A stretch of DNA of 64,000 nt from Anthoceros angustus (lineage: Eukaryota > Plantae > Anthocerotophyta), in contig MU008173.1 in NCBI GenBank assembly GCA_010909165.1, positions 1,178,001 through 1,242,000 of the forward strand, written 5' to 3'. The position numbers were made by a program, and so were the translations under genes. Within the stretch, counting starts at the first letter, position 1. Each line of letters opens with the position of its first letter. Below, one piece after another: positions 35,786 through 48,429 of the stretch. The notes beneath the pieces were generated by a model. The model had not been told where the DNA came from, searched no databases, and saw only the letters and a list, made by a program, of their open reading frames with translations.

Positions 35786-38700
35786 AAGGTCTCGGGGAGA
35801 GCGCAGCTGTGGGGAATCTGGCCACTTTGTTCAGCGACAAGAGCAGCAGCGAGGAGGGCCAGGCGGATGGGAGGCGACCAGAGGAAGACAGAGGAGCGGC
35901 AGCGACATGGCAAGAGGTAGGTCCGTTGCACCCAACGCCCGGCGTGGGGGGTGTAGAGGAGAGCTCCTGAGGAGGAGGGGTTCTAGAGGAGGCGTCGAGG
36001 AGGGGAGCTTGGAGAGAGGAGATGACGGGGGATTGAGGAACCCGAGGAGCGGCGGCACATGGCAAGAGGTAGGTCCGTTGCACCCAACGCCCGGCGTGGG
36101 GTGTAGAGGAGAGAGCTCGAGGAGGGGTTCTAGAGGAGAAAGCGCCTGAGGAGGGAGCTTGGAGAGAGAGAGGGGGATGATTGAGGAACCCGGGGAGCGG
36201 GTCGCAAGGAAGCCAGCCATAGGGGAGGCTCGGGACTTTGGAAGTCCGGAGAGGAGGTCTTAAGTCCAATGGATCGACTAAGAAGGAGAGACGGACCAGT
36301 CCGGACTCGGGAAGAGAACGAACCCAGAGTCAACTCAAGAGGAGAGAACGGACCCGGTCCTGACTCGCTTTAAGAACCCATTCTCGTCCCATTTTCCCTC
36401 CCCTCACTTGGTTCCTTTGCTCCTCTCTCCTATTGCCCTCGTCGGTACCCATGGGTGCCTAGTTGAGTTGGGCGCTCGGGTGTGGATTGCGCACCTCCGC
36501 TGCTCCAGTCGCCGTCCAATCCAGGCTCTACATGCCTTCCACGGAGTCTCGCTAATCAAGGCCCGCCCAGCCCACCTGCTGCCGAGCTCCCGCCGGAAGA
36601 GCAGGGATCCCGAGTCCTCCACACCTGCTATCACCACCATGCATTAGGGTCCGTCACCAGAACCTGGATCAATCTCTCCAGAGTAGTCCGCCCGCTCGGT
36701 GACTCGGGACTCGCGTTAGCACTGGACACACAAGGATTTGCAAATGTAACGTGGCATCAACCCCAAAAGAAAGATCACTTTACTTGAATGGCAAAACCCC
36801 TCTTATACTACGTCCTAAGGGAGTGCCTTTATTACACTCCTAATTCGGCCTTATGGCCAACTCACTATGCACGAGCAAGTGGCCTTCCACTTCCGGCGTG
36901 GTCCTATCTATTGAAGATAGAGTGTTGAGTTATTACTTATAGTTATTATATCTAGCTATCTAGTGTATGTGTGTATATAGCTTTAATTTATTTAGCTTAC
37001 CCTTTCATTAGGGTTACGTCCCTAGGCCAAAGGTCATGTCTCTTGGCTACTAGAATAAGTCTAGTTGCTACAATCAATTTACTAATGCTTTCTTGTATTT
37101 CTACAATAATGTAATTGATAAATACTCAATTGGTTTGCACCATTTCCATATTTCGTAATGGTATCGAGCAATGCTAGGTGCGATTGCATGGTAACTTGTG
37201 ACAACTTCTTGGTGAGAATACCTATTTGCTTTTGTAGTTGGATCCGATCTTTCCTATATTTCTGGGCTATATGCGCTTGGTGCTTAAGGATGCCTACCGT
37301 AATGTTCAAGTGCCTAATTGCTATGTTGTTTGGTTGTGATGGATGGTGTTGTGAAGATGCGTGACGGAATACATGCCGGTCTTCTACACGCAATTCATAG
37401 CAACAATTACTGCAAGTGCGATATTGTTAGGAGAAGGTGGATCATAATCTCTTGAAAACCTATCTCTATTCTATTCCTTGTCATGGTGCAAGATCGCTTT
37501 GGCGCTTTTGATTACGGTCCCACTTGCTCAAAGCTCGGAATTGCTTACGCAAGGTAATATAAAGCGCTTTTCTTCCTCCTTCCAAGGGATACTCATAGGT
37601 GGTGCTTTCCAGATGGGCCGCATCGCCCCATGCCGCTAATGTAATCGAAAAATGCGTCTAATTGCTGCACCCAAGGATCGATCCTTGTGATCACCGAGTA
37701 TGCATCGCCTAGGGTTTTCGGCCTCCTATGGCGGCGTATGCTTTCAATTTGATGGTGCACCTCACCGTATGGGATCCGTACGGTCCATGGTGCTCGATAC
37801 CATATCGTGGTTATCGCGTAGCCACCGAACGTAAGCGGATCCATGATCGAGACCGGAAAAACGCGAGCGTAGGCAAAAGATATCTTCATTGAGGTTCAAA
37901 GAAGCATTAAACAAAAAGTGTTGTAAACTGCTTTTAACCTAAGTTAATTACGAAACGATATTGGGTTAGTGTCCGGTAATTGCCAATCTAACAAAGGTCT
38001 CGGGAGAGCGCGGTGAATCCGCCACTTTGTTCAAATGACAAGAGCAGCAGCGAGGAGGGCCAGGCGGATGGGAGGCGACCAGAGGAAGACAGAGGAGCGG
38101 CAGCGACATGGCAAGAGGTAGGTCCGTTGCACCCAACGCCCGGCGTGGGGGGTGTAGAGGAGAGAGCTCCGGAGGAGGGGGTTCTAGAGGAGAAAGCGTC
38201 GGAGGAGGGGAGCTTGGAGAGAGAGGGGGAGATGACGCAGGGGGATTGAGGAACCCGGGGAGCGGGTCCAGGCAAGGAAGCCAGGCCATAGGGGGAGGCT
38301 CCGGACTTTGGAAGTCCGGAGGACTGAGGAGGTCTTAAGTCCAATGGACTGGACTAAGAAGGAGAGGACGGACCCAGCGGTCCGGACTCAGGAAGAGAGA
38401 ACGAACCCAGTAGTCCGAACTCAAGAGGAGAGAACGGACCCAGCGGTCCGGACTCAGTTTAAGAACCCATTCTCGTCCCATTTTCCCCTCCCCCTCACTT
38501 GGTTCCTTTGCTCCTCTCTCCTATTGCCCTCGTCGGTACCCATGGGTGCCTAGTTGAAGTTGCGTCGGTGGGTGTGGATTGCAGCACCTCCGCCGCTCCG
38601 TGTCGTCCAATCCAGCTCTACATGCCTTCCACGGAGTCACAGCAGCTGGCCTCGGCCCACCGCTGCCGAGCCCCACTGGAAGAAGATCCCAGTCCTCCAC

Positions 38701-39254
38701 ACCTGCTATCACCACCATGCATTAGGGTCCGTCACCAGAACCTGGATCAATCTCTCCAGAGTAGTCCGCCCGCTCGGTGACTCGGGACTCGCGTTAACCT
38801 GGACACACAAGGATTTGCAAATGTAACGTGGCATCAACCCCAAAGAAAGATCACTTTACTTGAATGGCAAAACCCTCTTATACTACGTAAGGGAGTGCCT
38901 TTATTACACTCCTAATTCGCCTTATGGCCAACTCACTATGCACGTCTGCGAGCAAGTGGCCTTCCACTTCCGCGTGGTCCTATCTATTGAAGATAGAGTG
39001 TTGAGTTATTACTTATAGTTATTATATCTAGCTATCTAGTGTATGTGTGTATAGCTTTAATTTATTTAGCTTACCCTTTCATTAGGGTTACGTCCCTAGG
39101 CCAAAGGTCATGTCTCTTGGCTACTAGAATAAGTCTAGTTGCTACAATCAATTTACTAATGCTTTCTTGTATTTCTACAATAATGTAATTGATAAATACT
39201 CAATTGGTTTGCACCATTTCCATATTTCGTAATGGTATCGAGCAATGCTAGGTG
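34948..39254. repeat. Head-to-tail duplication of about 2.1-2.2 kb (B 5'UTR and LTR, host C, A2 5' LTR and PBS)
   Basis: Units 34948-37180 and 37181-39254; junction microhomology CGATTGCAT. Confidence 0.9.
39233..39244 (+). promoter_or_regulatory. Primer-binding site (initiator tRNA-Met type) of A2
   Basis: TGGTATCGAGCA directly after the LTR; the canonical plant iMet PBS is TGGTATCAGAGC (one A missing). Confidence 0.85.
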
Positions 39255-40537
39255 CGATTGCATTCACAAGAATGCACATTAAATTGTGCACATGTTGATG
39301 TGCATAAAATGTTCTTTGTGTTTGTTTCTTGATTAGAAATTAGTTTCTAATAAGAAATCAAGAAAATGTTTGAGAAACCTTTTGTAGCTATTTTTGCTTG
39401 ATTTGTTAATAGAAATTTTGCATTTCTAGAGCCGTTCTAGCGCATCATCGCCGATTGTTGCAAAGCAATCATCGCTAGAACGATCAGTATGGCAAATATC
39501 TTTATAAAATCATATAAAAATTACAATATGTTTCTTGGAATTTTCCAAAACACAAGAATTGCCAAATGAATGGCCGATCCTCGTGACGGGCAGAGGCCCG
39601 GATGGCGCCATCGCCAAATACAACATGGTGCGCAAGAGAACGCAGTGAGAAGAACTATCACGATCTTCACCATCGCGCCGCCCACCGAGGACTCCTCACA
39701 ATCTCCCAAATGTGCAACCCGCCATTGTTGGTAACGGCAATCCTCGGGTTTCCTAACCACAAACGTAGCACCACATACCAAAGATCACACATTTAAGTTC
39801 TAGACTAGAATCACAACAATGACATGTAGATGACGCTTTGAAAACATAAGTCGAAAGCTTGCTGCTTCGAGGACTTACAATCGTTGTCGGATCGATTGGT
39901 CACTTGGATTTCAAATTGCTTGCTTTGTTGAGGCCTCGCTCTTCTTGCTAACCCCGCAATCGAGGGATTTTGTAAGCATGCTACAAAACTAACAAGCATC
40001 ACAAATTTGAGAATCCAAACTCGTGTCCATCCCGCATGACCTATTCCTTTAATCGGGAGATTAGGAAACACAACATAAGGAAAAGGTAGATAGGAGTTGG
40101 TCAATTTGCAGTCGACCAACGATCGAACCCATCTTACCTCAGAAACGGCTGCATTGCAGCCCATCCTGATGCACGTGTAGCATCATAACTCTTCTCGAAT
40201 CCTCACACCGTAGCTTCACAGTCACACAGTGCATTAGAAATTCATCCATAAAATCCTCACCGTGAGGGGACTAACGATCCCTAAACATGGGTGACTCTAA
40301 TTTAGCTGGGAGGGATTCAAAGAGAAGGATAGATTCGGGGCGATTATGACATCCGGGTACTTAGAATGCGTGGTGCCCTTCAAAACAAGCCAGGCCGGGT
40401 TCATGGGACGTCAAAGTCTCCTGTAATCGTGGCACCCCTCACCGCGATCAAGGCACTTGATGCTTGGACCATAAGGAGCGCACAGCCTTCCCACGGAGTG
40501 GTCCGTCGATCGACATGTTGAGAGACTGGTTGCAAAA

Positions 40538-42360
40538 CCTCACCGATATTTGGACGCTGGCTCCAAAGTCTATTTTGGAACCGATGACACAAGTCAAATG
40601 AGATCAACATACAAAACTTGAAGATGAAAGAAGGAGAATCCATTGAAAACACGACTACCTTGGATCCCTAGTCTCCAAGTTTGAAAGTGCACAGGATAGT
40701 GTGAAGGACCGCTCTCATTCGCATTTCATGATGTCACTCCTCGAATCTTGGGCACATTTCGTGACCTCATTCAACACCTCGCAACTACAAGGGCGGAAGA
40801 TTGCCCAGTGCAGTGTTGATCTCCCAAAACAACATTTGCAATTAGTGGGAGCTCTTCTTCGTGAAGAAGTCACAAGAGGACAATTCAAACGTCGTAAAAT
40901 GCAAGCTTTGTACACTAACAACAAAGGAAAGGGCAAGAAGCCCAACTGAGGTAGACAAAATACCTGTGCTAGTAGCTCGCAAGGAGTCTCTACACCAAGA
41001 AGCCCAAGAAGGCTGGAAAGTGCCACCGTGCCAAATTCGAGGCCATTGGGAGTCCGAGTGTCGAAGAAGCGAGTACCTCGCAAGGAGGGCAACTCCACTT
41101 CTCGACACATGTTGTGGTGACTAAACAAGGCTCTACTGCACCTCACCGATATTTGGACGCTGCTCCAAAGTCTATTTCCGGAACCGATGACACAAGTCAA
41201 ATGACAAAGACTTCGCAACATACAAAACTTGAAGATGAAAGAAGGAGAATCCATTGAAAACACGACTACCTTCGATCCCTAGTCTCCAAGTTTGAAAGTG
41301 CATGTGATAGTGTGAAGGACCGTGCTCTCATTCTTCATTTCATGATGTCACTCGAATCTTGGGCACATTTCGTGACCTCATTCAACACCTCGCAACTACA
41401 AGGGCGGAAGATTGCCCAGCGCAGTGTTGATCTCCCAAAACAACATTTGCAATTAGTGGGAGCTCTTCTTCGTGAAGAAGTCACAAGAGGACAATTCAAA
41501 CGTCGTAAAATGCAAGCTTTGTACACTAACAACAAAGGAAAGGGCAAGAAGCCCAACTGAGGTAGACAAAATACCTGTGCTAGTAGCTCGCAAGGAGTCT
41601 CTACACCAAGAAGCCCAAGAAGGCTGGAAAGTGCCACCGTGCCAAATTCGAGGCCATTGGGAGTCCGAGTGTCGAAGAAGCGAGTACCTCGCAAGGAGGG
41701 CAACTCCACTTCTCGACACATGTTGTGGTGACTAAACAAGGCTCTACTGCACCTCACCGATATTTGGACGCTGCTCCAAAGTCTATTTCCGGAACCGATG
41801 ACACAAGTCAAATGACAAAGACTTGCAACATACAAAACTTGAAGATGAAAGAAGGAGAATCCATTGAAAACACGACTACCTTCGATCCCTAGTCTCCAAG
41901 TTTGAAAGTGCATGTGATAGTGTGAAGGACCGTGCTCTCATTCTTCATTTCATGATGTCACTCGAATCTTGGGCACATTTCGTGACCTCATTCAACACCT
42001 CGCAACTACAAGGGCGGAAGATTGCCCAGCGCAGTGTTGATCTCCCAAAACAACATTTGCAATTAGTGGGAGCTCTTCTTGAAGAAGTCACAAGAGGACA
42101 ATTCAAACGTCTGGTAAATGCAAGCTTTGTACACTAACAACAAAGGAAAGGGCAAGAAGCCCAACTCGAGGTAGACAAAATACCTCGTGCTAGTAGCTCG
42201 CAAGGAGCCTCTACACCAAGAAGCCCAAGAAGGCGGAAAGTGCCACCGTGCCAAATTCCGTGCCATTGGGAGTCTGAGTGTCGAAAGAAGCGAGTACCTC
42301 GCAAGGAGGGCAACTCCACTTCTCAGACACATGTTGTGGTGACTAAACAAGGCTCGGCTG
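40538..42360. repeat. About 600-bp gag segment in three tandem copies inside A2
   Basis: Units start at 40538, 41141 and 41752 with the identical junction CCTCACCG. Confidence 0.92.
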
Positions 42361-45300
42361 CAGCCCTCACTGTAGGGACCAGGGAGTTTTCCTACCCTCT
42401 TGCTAACCCCACATGCTTGTCTGCAAATACTCAAGGCAAACCCATACAGGAGTGGTTCCTTGATACAGGTGCAACAGCGCACATCTGTTTCGACAGAAGT
42501 TCATTCGTCACATACAGGTTAGTTCACAACAGATTTGTTTACCTAGGTGACGATAGTAGGCTTGCGTGCTCTGGTGTTGGCACCGTCAAGCTACCTGTCC
42601 CTTCAGGCATCACACTCTTGCTTACAGATGTGTATCATGTGCCTGAAATGACAAGAAACTTGATTTCTAATAGAAGGTTGAACATGGATAATCAAAGTCA
42701 CATCCTCTTCACTCCGATGTAATGTAGGATTATAGATGCTTTTGATCATCGCAAAATCCTAGCCTATGGATCATCTCGACCATGATCTCTTTAGATCGCA
42801 CACTCACACCATCATGCCAAGGCTAGCCTAGCTTCAAGGTCGCTCGAGAGCAAAGCAAGAAGAACAAGCTAGGTTATGGCATGCACGCTTAGGTCACCCT
42901 CACAGAAAGTTGCAAAAACTAGTCGCTAGTGACTGTGTTGATGGTAAAATTGGCGCTTGCCATCCTTACCTCTCGTGAAGCCTGTGCTGTCCAAACGTCA
43001 TCAAGCCTTCAAGAACAAGACTCCTCACGAGCTTCCAAGTGCTTGAACTTGTGCACATCGACATATGTGGGCCACTCCCTCAATCGGTGGTGGCGATACT
43101 TCCTTACATTCACAGACGACAAGACGAGATTTGTCATGGCTTACATCTTGAAAGCTAAAAGTGAATGCTTCTCTCTGTTCAAAGACTACATGAAACTTGC
43201 AGAGAGATGGACAGGAAAATCGCTGAAAGTCCTACGTTCAGACAATGGTGGAGAATTCACATCTAATGAATTCCAGACCTACTGTAAGGACGAAGGGATA
43301 GGCAGACAACTTACAGTTGTGTATACGCCGCAACAGAATGGCGTTGCCGAGCGCTTGAACTTGACACTGCAGGAGATGGTCTCCTCTATGCTTCACCAAG
43401 CCTCTTTGCCACTATCCTACTGGGCTGAAGCCCTTATGACAGCTGTGTATTTACGTAATGATCGCCTACACCGCTGCGTGATTGGATGACCCCTTTGAAG
43501 CTTTCTATGGCAAGCCGCCTATCCAACATCTTCGCACTTTCGGATGCATCGCTTTTGCTTTCATCCCTAAGGCCAAGCGAACCAAGTTAGTCGCTAAGGC
43601 CAAGAAGTACCTCATGATAGGATACATCAAGGTATAAAAGCTTATAAGTCGTATGACGACTCGAACAAGGTGGTCTATGCACGAGCGTGACCTTTGATGA
43701 AGGTCGAACTTGGCAGCAAGTGGGAGCTACTCCCACACAGGAGGACTTTGATCTTTCTGCCTTGCCTGACGTCACTGTTTTCGATGATTCTGCTCTTGCG
43801 GAGATTGCTCCTGCAGGGGGGGAAGAACAACAGCAAAATGATGCTCAGGAGCAAGGAGATGAACCAGAAAATTTTGCTGAACATTTGCAGCAGCAACCTC
43901 CTCCAGTTGCAGAACCTGAACCAGCTGACCTTTTACCTGATCCACCAGACCCCGATCCAGACATTGACGAGGATGAGGCTGAAGATGCTCATCTTCTTGA
44001 CAGTGATGCCGAGGTTGAACCTGAGATTCAACCCTTGCCTAAAGCTCCACCACAACCTGAGCGCCGTTATCCTGCAAGAGATAGATGGGCACCGACATCA
44101 AGGACTTTAGAAAACCAACAGCTAATGCAGCCACTTCGGATCCTATCGAACCTCAATCCTACGAAGAAGCTCTTAGTCCCGATGCCGCAGAGTGGAAAAG
44201 GCAATTCAATTAGAATATGATTCACGATCAAAATGGAACATGGGAACTAGCTAAGTTACCTGGACGTAAGGTGGTGTCTTGCAAGTGGGTCTTCAAAGCG
44301 AAGGTAAAGGCTGATGGAAGTTTTGATAGGTACAAAGCACGACTTGTAGCTCGTGGTTTTCGCAAGTGCCCGGTCTCGATTACTTCAAACATATGCTCTG
44401 TGATGAAGCCGCCACCTTTCGCACAACTGCCTCGGCAAGACATCAAGACTACGAGTTAGACATGTTTGATGTAAAGACCGCATTTTACATGGCAAGTTGG
44501 ACACAAATCTACATGCAGCCCTCGGGATACAAGTAAAAGGCAAGGAAGATCATGTCTTGCGCCTAATAAAACCCTCTATGGCTCAAGCAATCAAGATTAG
44601 AGTGGAATCTTCTGGATGAAGAACTGCGTGCACTTGGATTCGTGAAATGTGTTTGAGACTGTATGTTTACAGATCCGTGACGTTGTGTGCTATCTCGCAG
44701 GTGTATGTTGATGATTTGATTCTATCCCGCAATAGCCCCACATTCATCACCAAAGTTAACAAGTCGCTATCTACCAAGTTTGAAATGACTAACCTTGGAG
44801 CACTTGAGCTCGGGAATCCTTATTCGAGGGATAGAAAAACAGATCTATATCTCTCACACCTCGATACTGCTAGAATGTGACGCTTGGCTTGAAGGATGCA
44901 ACCAGCGACTCCACCGCCATCCGGATCGAAATTTAGCAAGTCCATGTGTCCCGAAACCAAAAAGGACATAGAAGACATGAGGTCGGTCCCCTACAGAAAG
45001 GGAGTTGGCAAACTTATCTATGCTGCCAACACTACACGACCTGATGTAGCCTACACCACAAGTGTGCTCTCGCAATACCTCGAGAACCCTGGTCAAACGC
45101 ACAGGACTGGTGTTAAGAGGGTGGTTAGGTATCTGAAGGGAACATCCAACATTGGGATTCGATTCAGACACATACCTGGCACACCACTTGAGCTGGACGT
45201 ATATACTGACTCGATTATGCTGGTGACATAGATACACGGAGGTCGTTGTCCGGGTGTCATGGTGGCGGAGGGCCCATATGCTGGTCAAGCAAGAAGCAAC

Positions 45301-45689
45301 CAGCTTGCAACTTCCAAAGACCGTCGAATATCGGGTCCTCACATCCGCGCTAAAGAAATAGCTTGGTGCAAGCTAATGTTTAAGGAGCCGGGATTGCCAC
45401 TCCCTACTTGCACCACTATTAGAACCGACAACCAAGGATCCATGAACTGGCCAAGAACCCCTGCTTTTCACTCCCGCAGTCACGTGGAAGTGGAATACCA
45501 CTTCATTAGGGATCTTATCAAATCAGTCGATTACACGGAGTATGTACCAACAGCAGATAATCCAGCAGATTTGTTCACAAAAGCCCCGAGTAGGGACGCA
45601 CACAACAGCACATGAAAAGTTTGGGCATGGGCAGCACGAGGGCTACCCAGAGGCCAAGCAAAACCAATCCTAACCTAGCCTATGAGCTA

Positions 45690-46529
45690 GGAACAAAATC
45701 ATCTGCCGCATCGGATCATCATAGCTTGAGAGAGATCAGAAGGGACCTCCTACTCACAAGTAGAGGAGTCTCAAATCTTCTCCCAAGATGCATAGCTGTC
45801 CGATGAAGTAGAGAATGTCTCACCACGAGGGCTACCTGAGAGGCCAAGCAAAACCAATCCTAACCTAGCCTATGAGCTAGGAACAGCCCCAATCACCGCC
45901 ATCGGATCATCATAGCTTGGAGAGATCAAAGGGACCTCCTACTCACAGTAGAGGAGTCTCAAATCTTCTCCCAAGATGCATAGCTGTCCGATGAAGTAGA
46001 GAATGTCTCACCACCGAACGAGGGAGTTTCTTCTCTTCTCTCTCGTAGGAGATCCTCTCCTTGGTGCCCGGCTCTCCTCGCCTAAGCTGCCTCGATCCTG
46101 TGAGGGGCGAGTGGTCATAGGAAAAGGTAGTGAATTCATGCCAGACTGCAGGGGTTTAGGAAAAATTGGCAACTAAATGTGGCGTAAAGGATTACGCCCA
46201 AACAGAAGAGTAATACTTACTATAGAAGCTTATGATGTGGTCATCAAAGCCTGGACAGTTCTGGACACGGACTCTCACCATCTTCAGTCCTGTGACCAAG
46301 CACCTGTACCAAACAGATTTCCTGGCAACCGAGCACAACCGAGGGTAACAATTTTCGTCTCCGACGACTCGTTCTTAGGCTCGGGGAACTTGGGTGGTGC
46401 AGGAGGATGTGGCTCGCCAGATGCATACTTGAACTCACCCTTCTCGCACCTGCGGGCATCAAACGAAGCTCGAGAAAATAACTGGCTTACAGGCTGCTGG
46501 GGTGCAGGGCGACGAGGTGGAGCTCCCAT
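45690..46529 (-). CDS. Antisense accessory ORF of copia A2 (frameshifted), unknown function
   Basis: MGAPP..LFSRASFDAR..GEFKYA..SETKIVTLGCARLPG..YRCLVTGLKMVRVRVQNCPGFDDHIISFYSK; homologous to 14797-15463. Confidence 0.65.
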
Positions 46530-47903
46530 CTCTGGTCTTCCTGCAGGGGCTCTTGCTCCACTTGCCGTGCTGCCGCCCGCTCCTCAAGCACGGCGTCGTT
46601 CCTTCTGCCCCTAGGCGCGGCCCGCCAAGACCCACTGTGTCAGAGTGGTTACTCCCTTTGCCTCACTCGGGAGATGGAGGCTCGTTCTAGCCGCAGCGCA
46701 AACCTACCTAGAGCATCCCTCCGTAGACACGCTGGCAGGTGAGGACAGTCCATGCGAAAGATGAAGACATCTTGCCTAGGAGCGCCACGCCTAGAAGTGT
46801 GAAAGAATGAAGACCGGAACGTAAAGGCAAGCTATTATGCTTATGGCACACCTGTAAGGGGCCGCCTTCACACAGAGCTGTTCCATTACGCCAGTCGCCT
46901 GGGTCACAACTGCACACACACACACGCACTCAAGCTCAACCGCTACAGTCTGCACAAGGTGCTCGCGGAGAAGAAGACTGTACACTATGCAATAATCAAC
47001 AAGTGGGAGTATTGAAGATAGAGTGTTGAGTTATTACTTATAGTTATTATATCTAGCTATCTAGTGTATGTGTGTATATAGCTTTAATTTATTTAGCTTA
47101 CCCTTTCATTAGGGTTACGTCCCTAGGCCAAAGGTCATGTCTCTTGGCTACTAGAATAAGTCTAGTTGCTACAATCAATTTACCAATGCTTTCTTGTATT
47201 ACTACAATAATGTAATTGATAAATACTCAATTGGTTTGCACCATTTCCATATTTCGTAACTATCTGCGTCTACGGTAGTGGGGCTGTTGTTGACTACGAT
47301 TAACCCCTCGCGCTGGCAGCCCAATCCCCAGCTCTGGCACCCGAGGAGCACCCAATCGGATGATCCTTGACCCCCAGAGTCCCGCGGAGGCTCTTACCCT
47401 ACCTCTAACCCTGTCAGGCTGCGCCACTGGAGGTGGACTGACAACTGCTGTTACTATTAAGTCCTCCTCCTCGTCTCACGTGCGTGGGACCCTGCTTCAG
47501 TCCGTCCGAGCCTGTTTCTTCCTGGGCTGGTCGAGCCTGACCTTCAACCTCTCCCGCCTCTACCTCCAGGGTCTGAACTACTGGGTTCGTTCCCTCTCCC
47601 TGAGTCCGGACCTTTGGGTCCGTCCTCTCCTCAGGAGTCCGGACCGCTGGGTCCATTCTCTCCTCTTATACCGCGGTGGACGAGCTTGAGACATAATGTA
47701 ATTGTGAGGTTAACCAGTGACAAGGAGGCGCCAAAAGAACGGGCTGTTGTGGTAAGTAACCGCGCATAGGTGACGGGGTACGATAGGTTAGAAGATAGGA
47801 AAACGTGAGTGAGCGGGACAGTCATTCCCTTGGGAACGGACCCCATACTACAACGACACGGGTCCGGTGCGCGCCCGGCTAGCCGTCAGCAAAAGTAGCT
47901 CCA

Positions 47904-48377
47904 CACTCCCTCCCACTGATTCTTAAAGTACTGAATGAACTCTGGAGCTTCTCTTTCATAATCCATGTACATTTGTTGCAGCATCTTCCTGGCCTCAGCT
48001 TCTGTGTGCCGACGATGAGAAACATATATGATGTCACTAAGGCGACTAAAGATTGCCACTCTTGTCCTCCACTGGCTAACCTTAAGCAAGAGGTGACGCA
48101 GCCAACATTTCCTAACATGCCATAAACATAGCAAGATTGGCTTAGCATCTCCCCATGTGGCCCGCAGAGCACCTATTTCAGCAGCAACATCATCCACATG
48201 GAAAGCACTAGGCTGCCATAGTGGACTATATTGCTGCATATGCATTTGAAATGCATACAACCCGCCTGCATGTCCTCCAGTTAATATCTTGCCTTTACGT
48301 TTCCCAATGCTTTGAGATGCCTGGACAGCTGCGTCATTACAAGGTTTCCCCCATTTCCACATCAAATGGCCAAGCAA
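47904..48377 (-). mobile_element. MULE transposase, central part
   Basis: WQPSAFHVDD..AEIGA..ILLCLWHVRKCW..FIQYFKNQWEGV (MULE domain D and CxWH motifs). Confidence 0.8.
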
Positions 48378-48429
48378 AGCTAGACCGGTGAACAGGAATC
48401 AAGCCTTCCATAAATTGAGAACCCATAAA

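Larger units (their letters stand above)
38985..47259 (+). mobile_element. Full-length Ty1/copia element A2 with about 250-bp LTRs and 5-bp TSD CTATC
   Basis: LTRs 38985-39232 and 47010-47259 are nearly identical. PBS at 39233, PPT at 47001-47009. gag-protease (WFLDTGATAHI), integrase, RT and RNase H motifs. Extra 5' LTR copy at 36909-37158. Confidence 0.94.
22870..47903 (+). mobile_element. Unclassified GC-rich host repeat C with a decayed coiled-coil ORF (pieces about 22870-25713, 27380-28615, 35786-36908 with duplicate 37994-38984, 47260-47903)
   Basis: The sequence is continuous across three TSD-bounded insertions. A long E/A/R/K-rich coiled-coil frame runs about 25600-28400. No RT or transposase recognised. 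Outer boundaries approximate. Confidence 0.5.

Noticed and set aside
39233-39244. Novel primer tRNA implied by PBS TGGTATCGAGC
   Set aside because: A single missing A in CAG context matches the systematic error pattern; ordinary iMet priming is more parsimonious.
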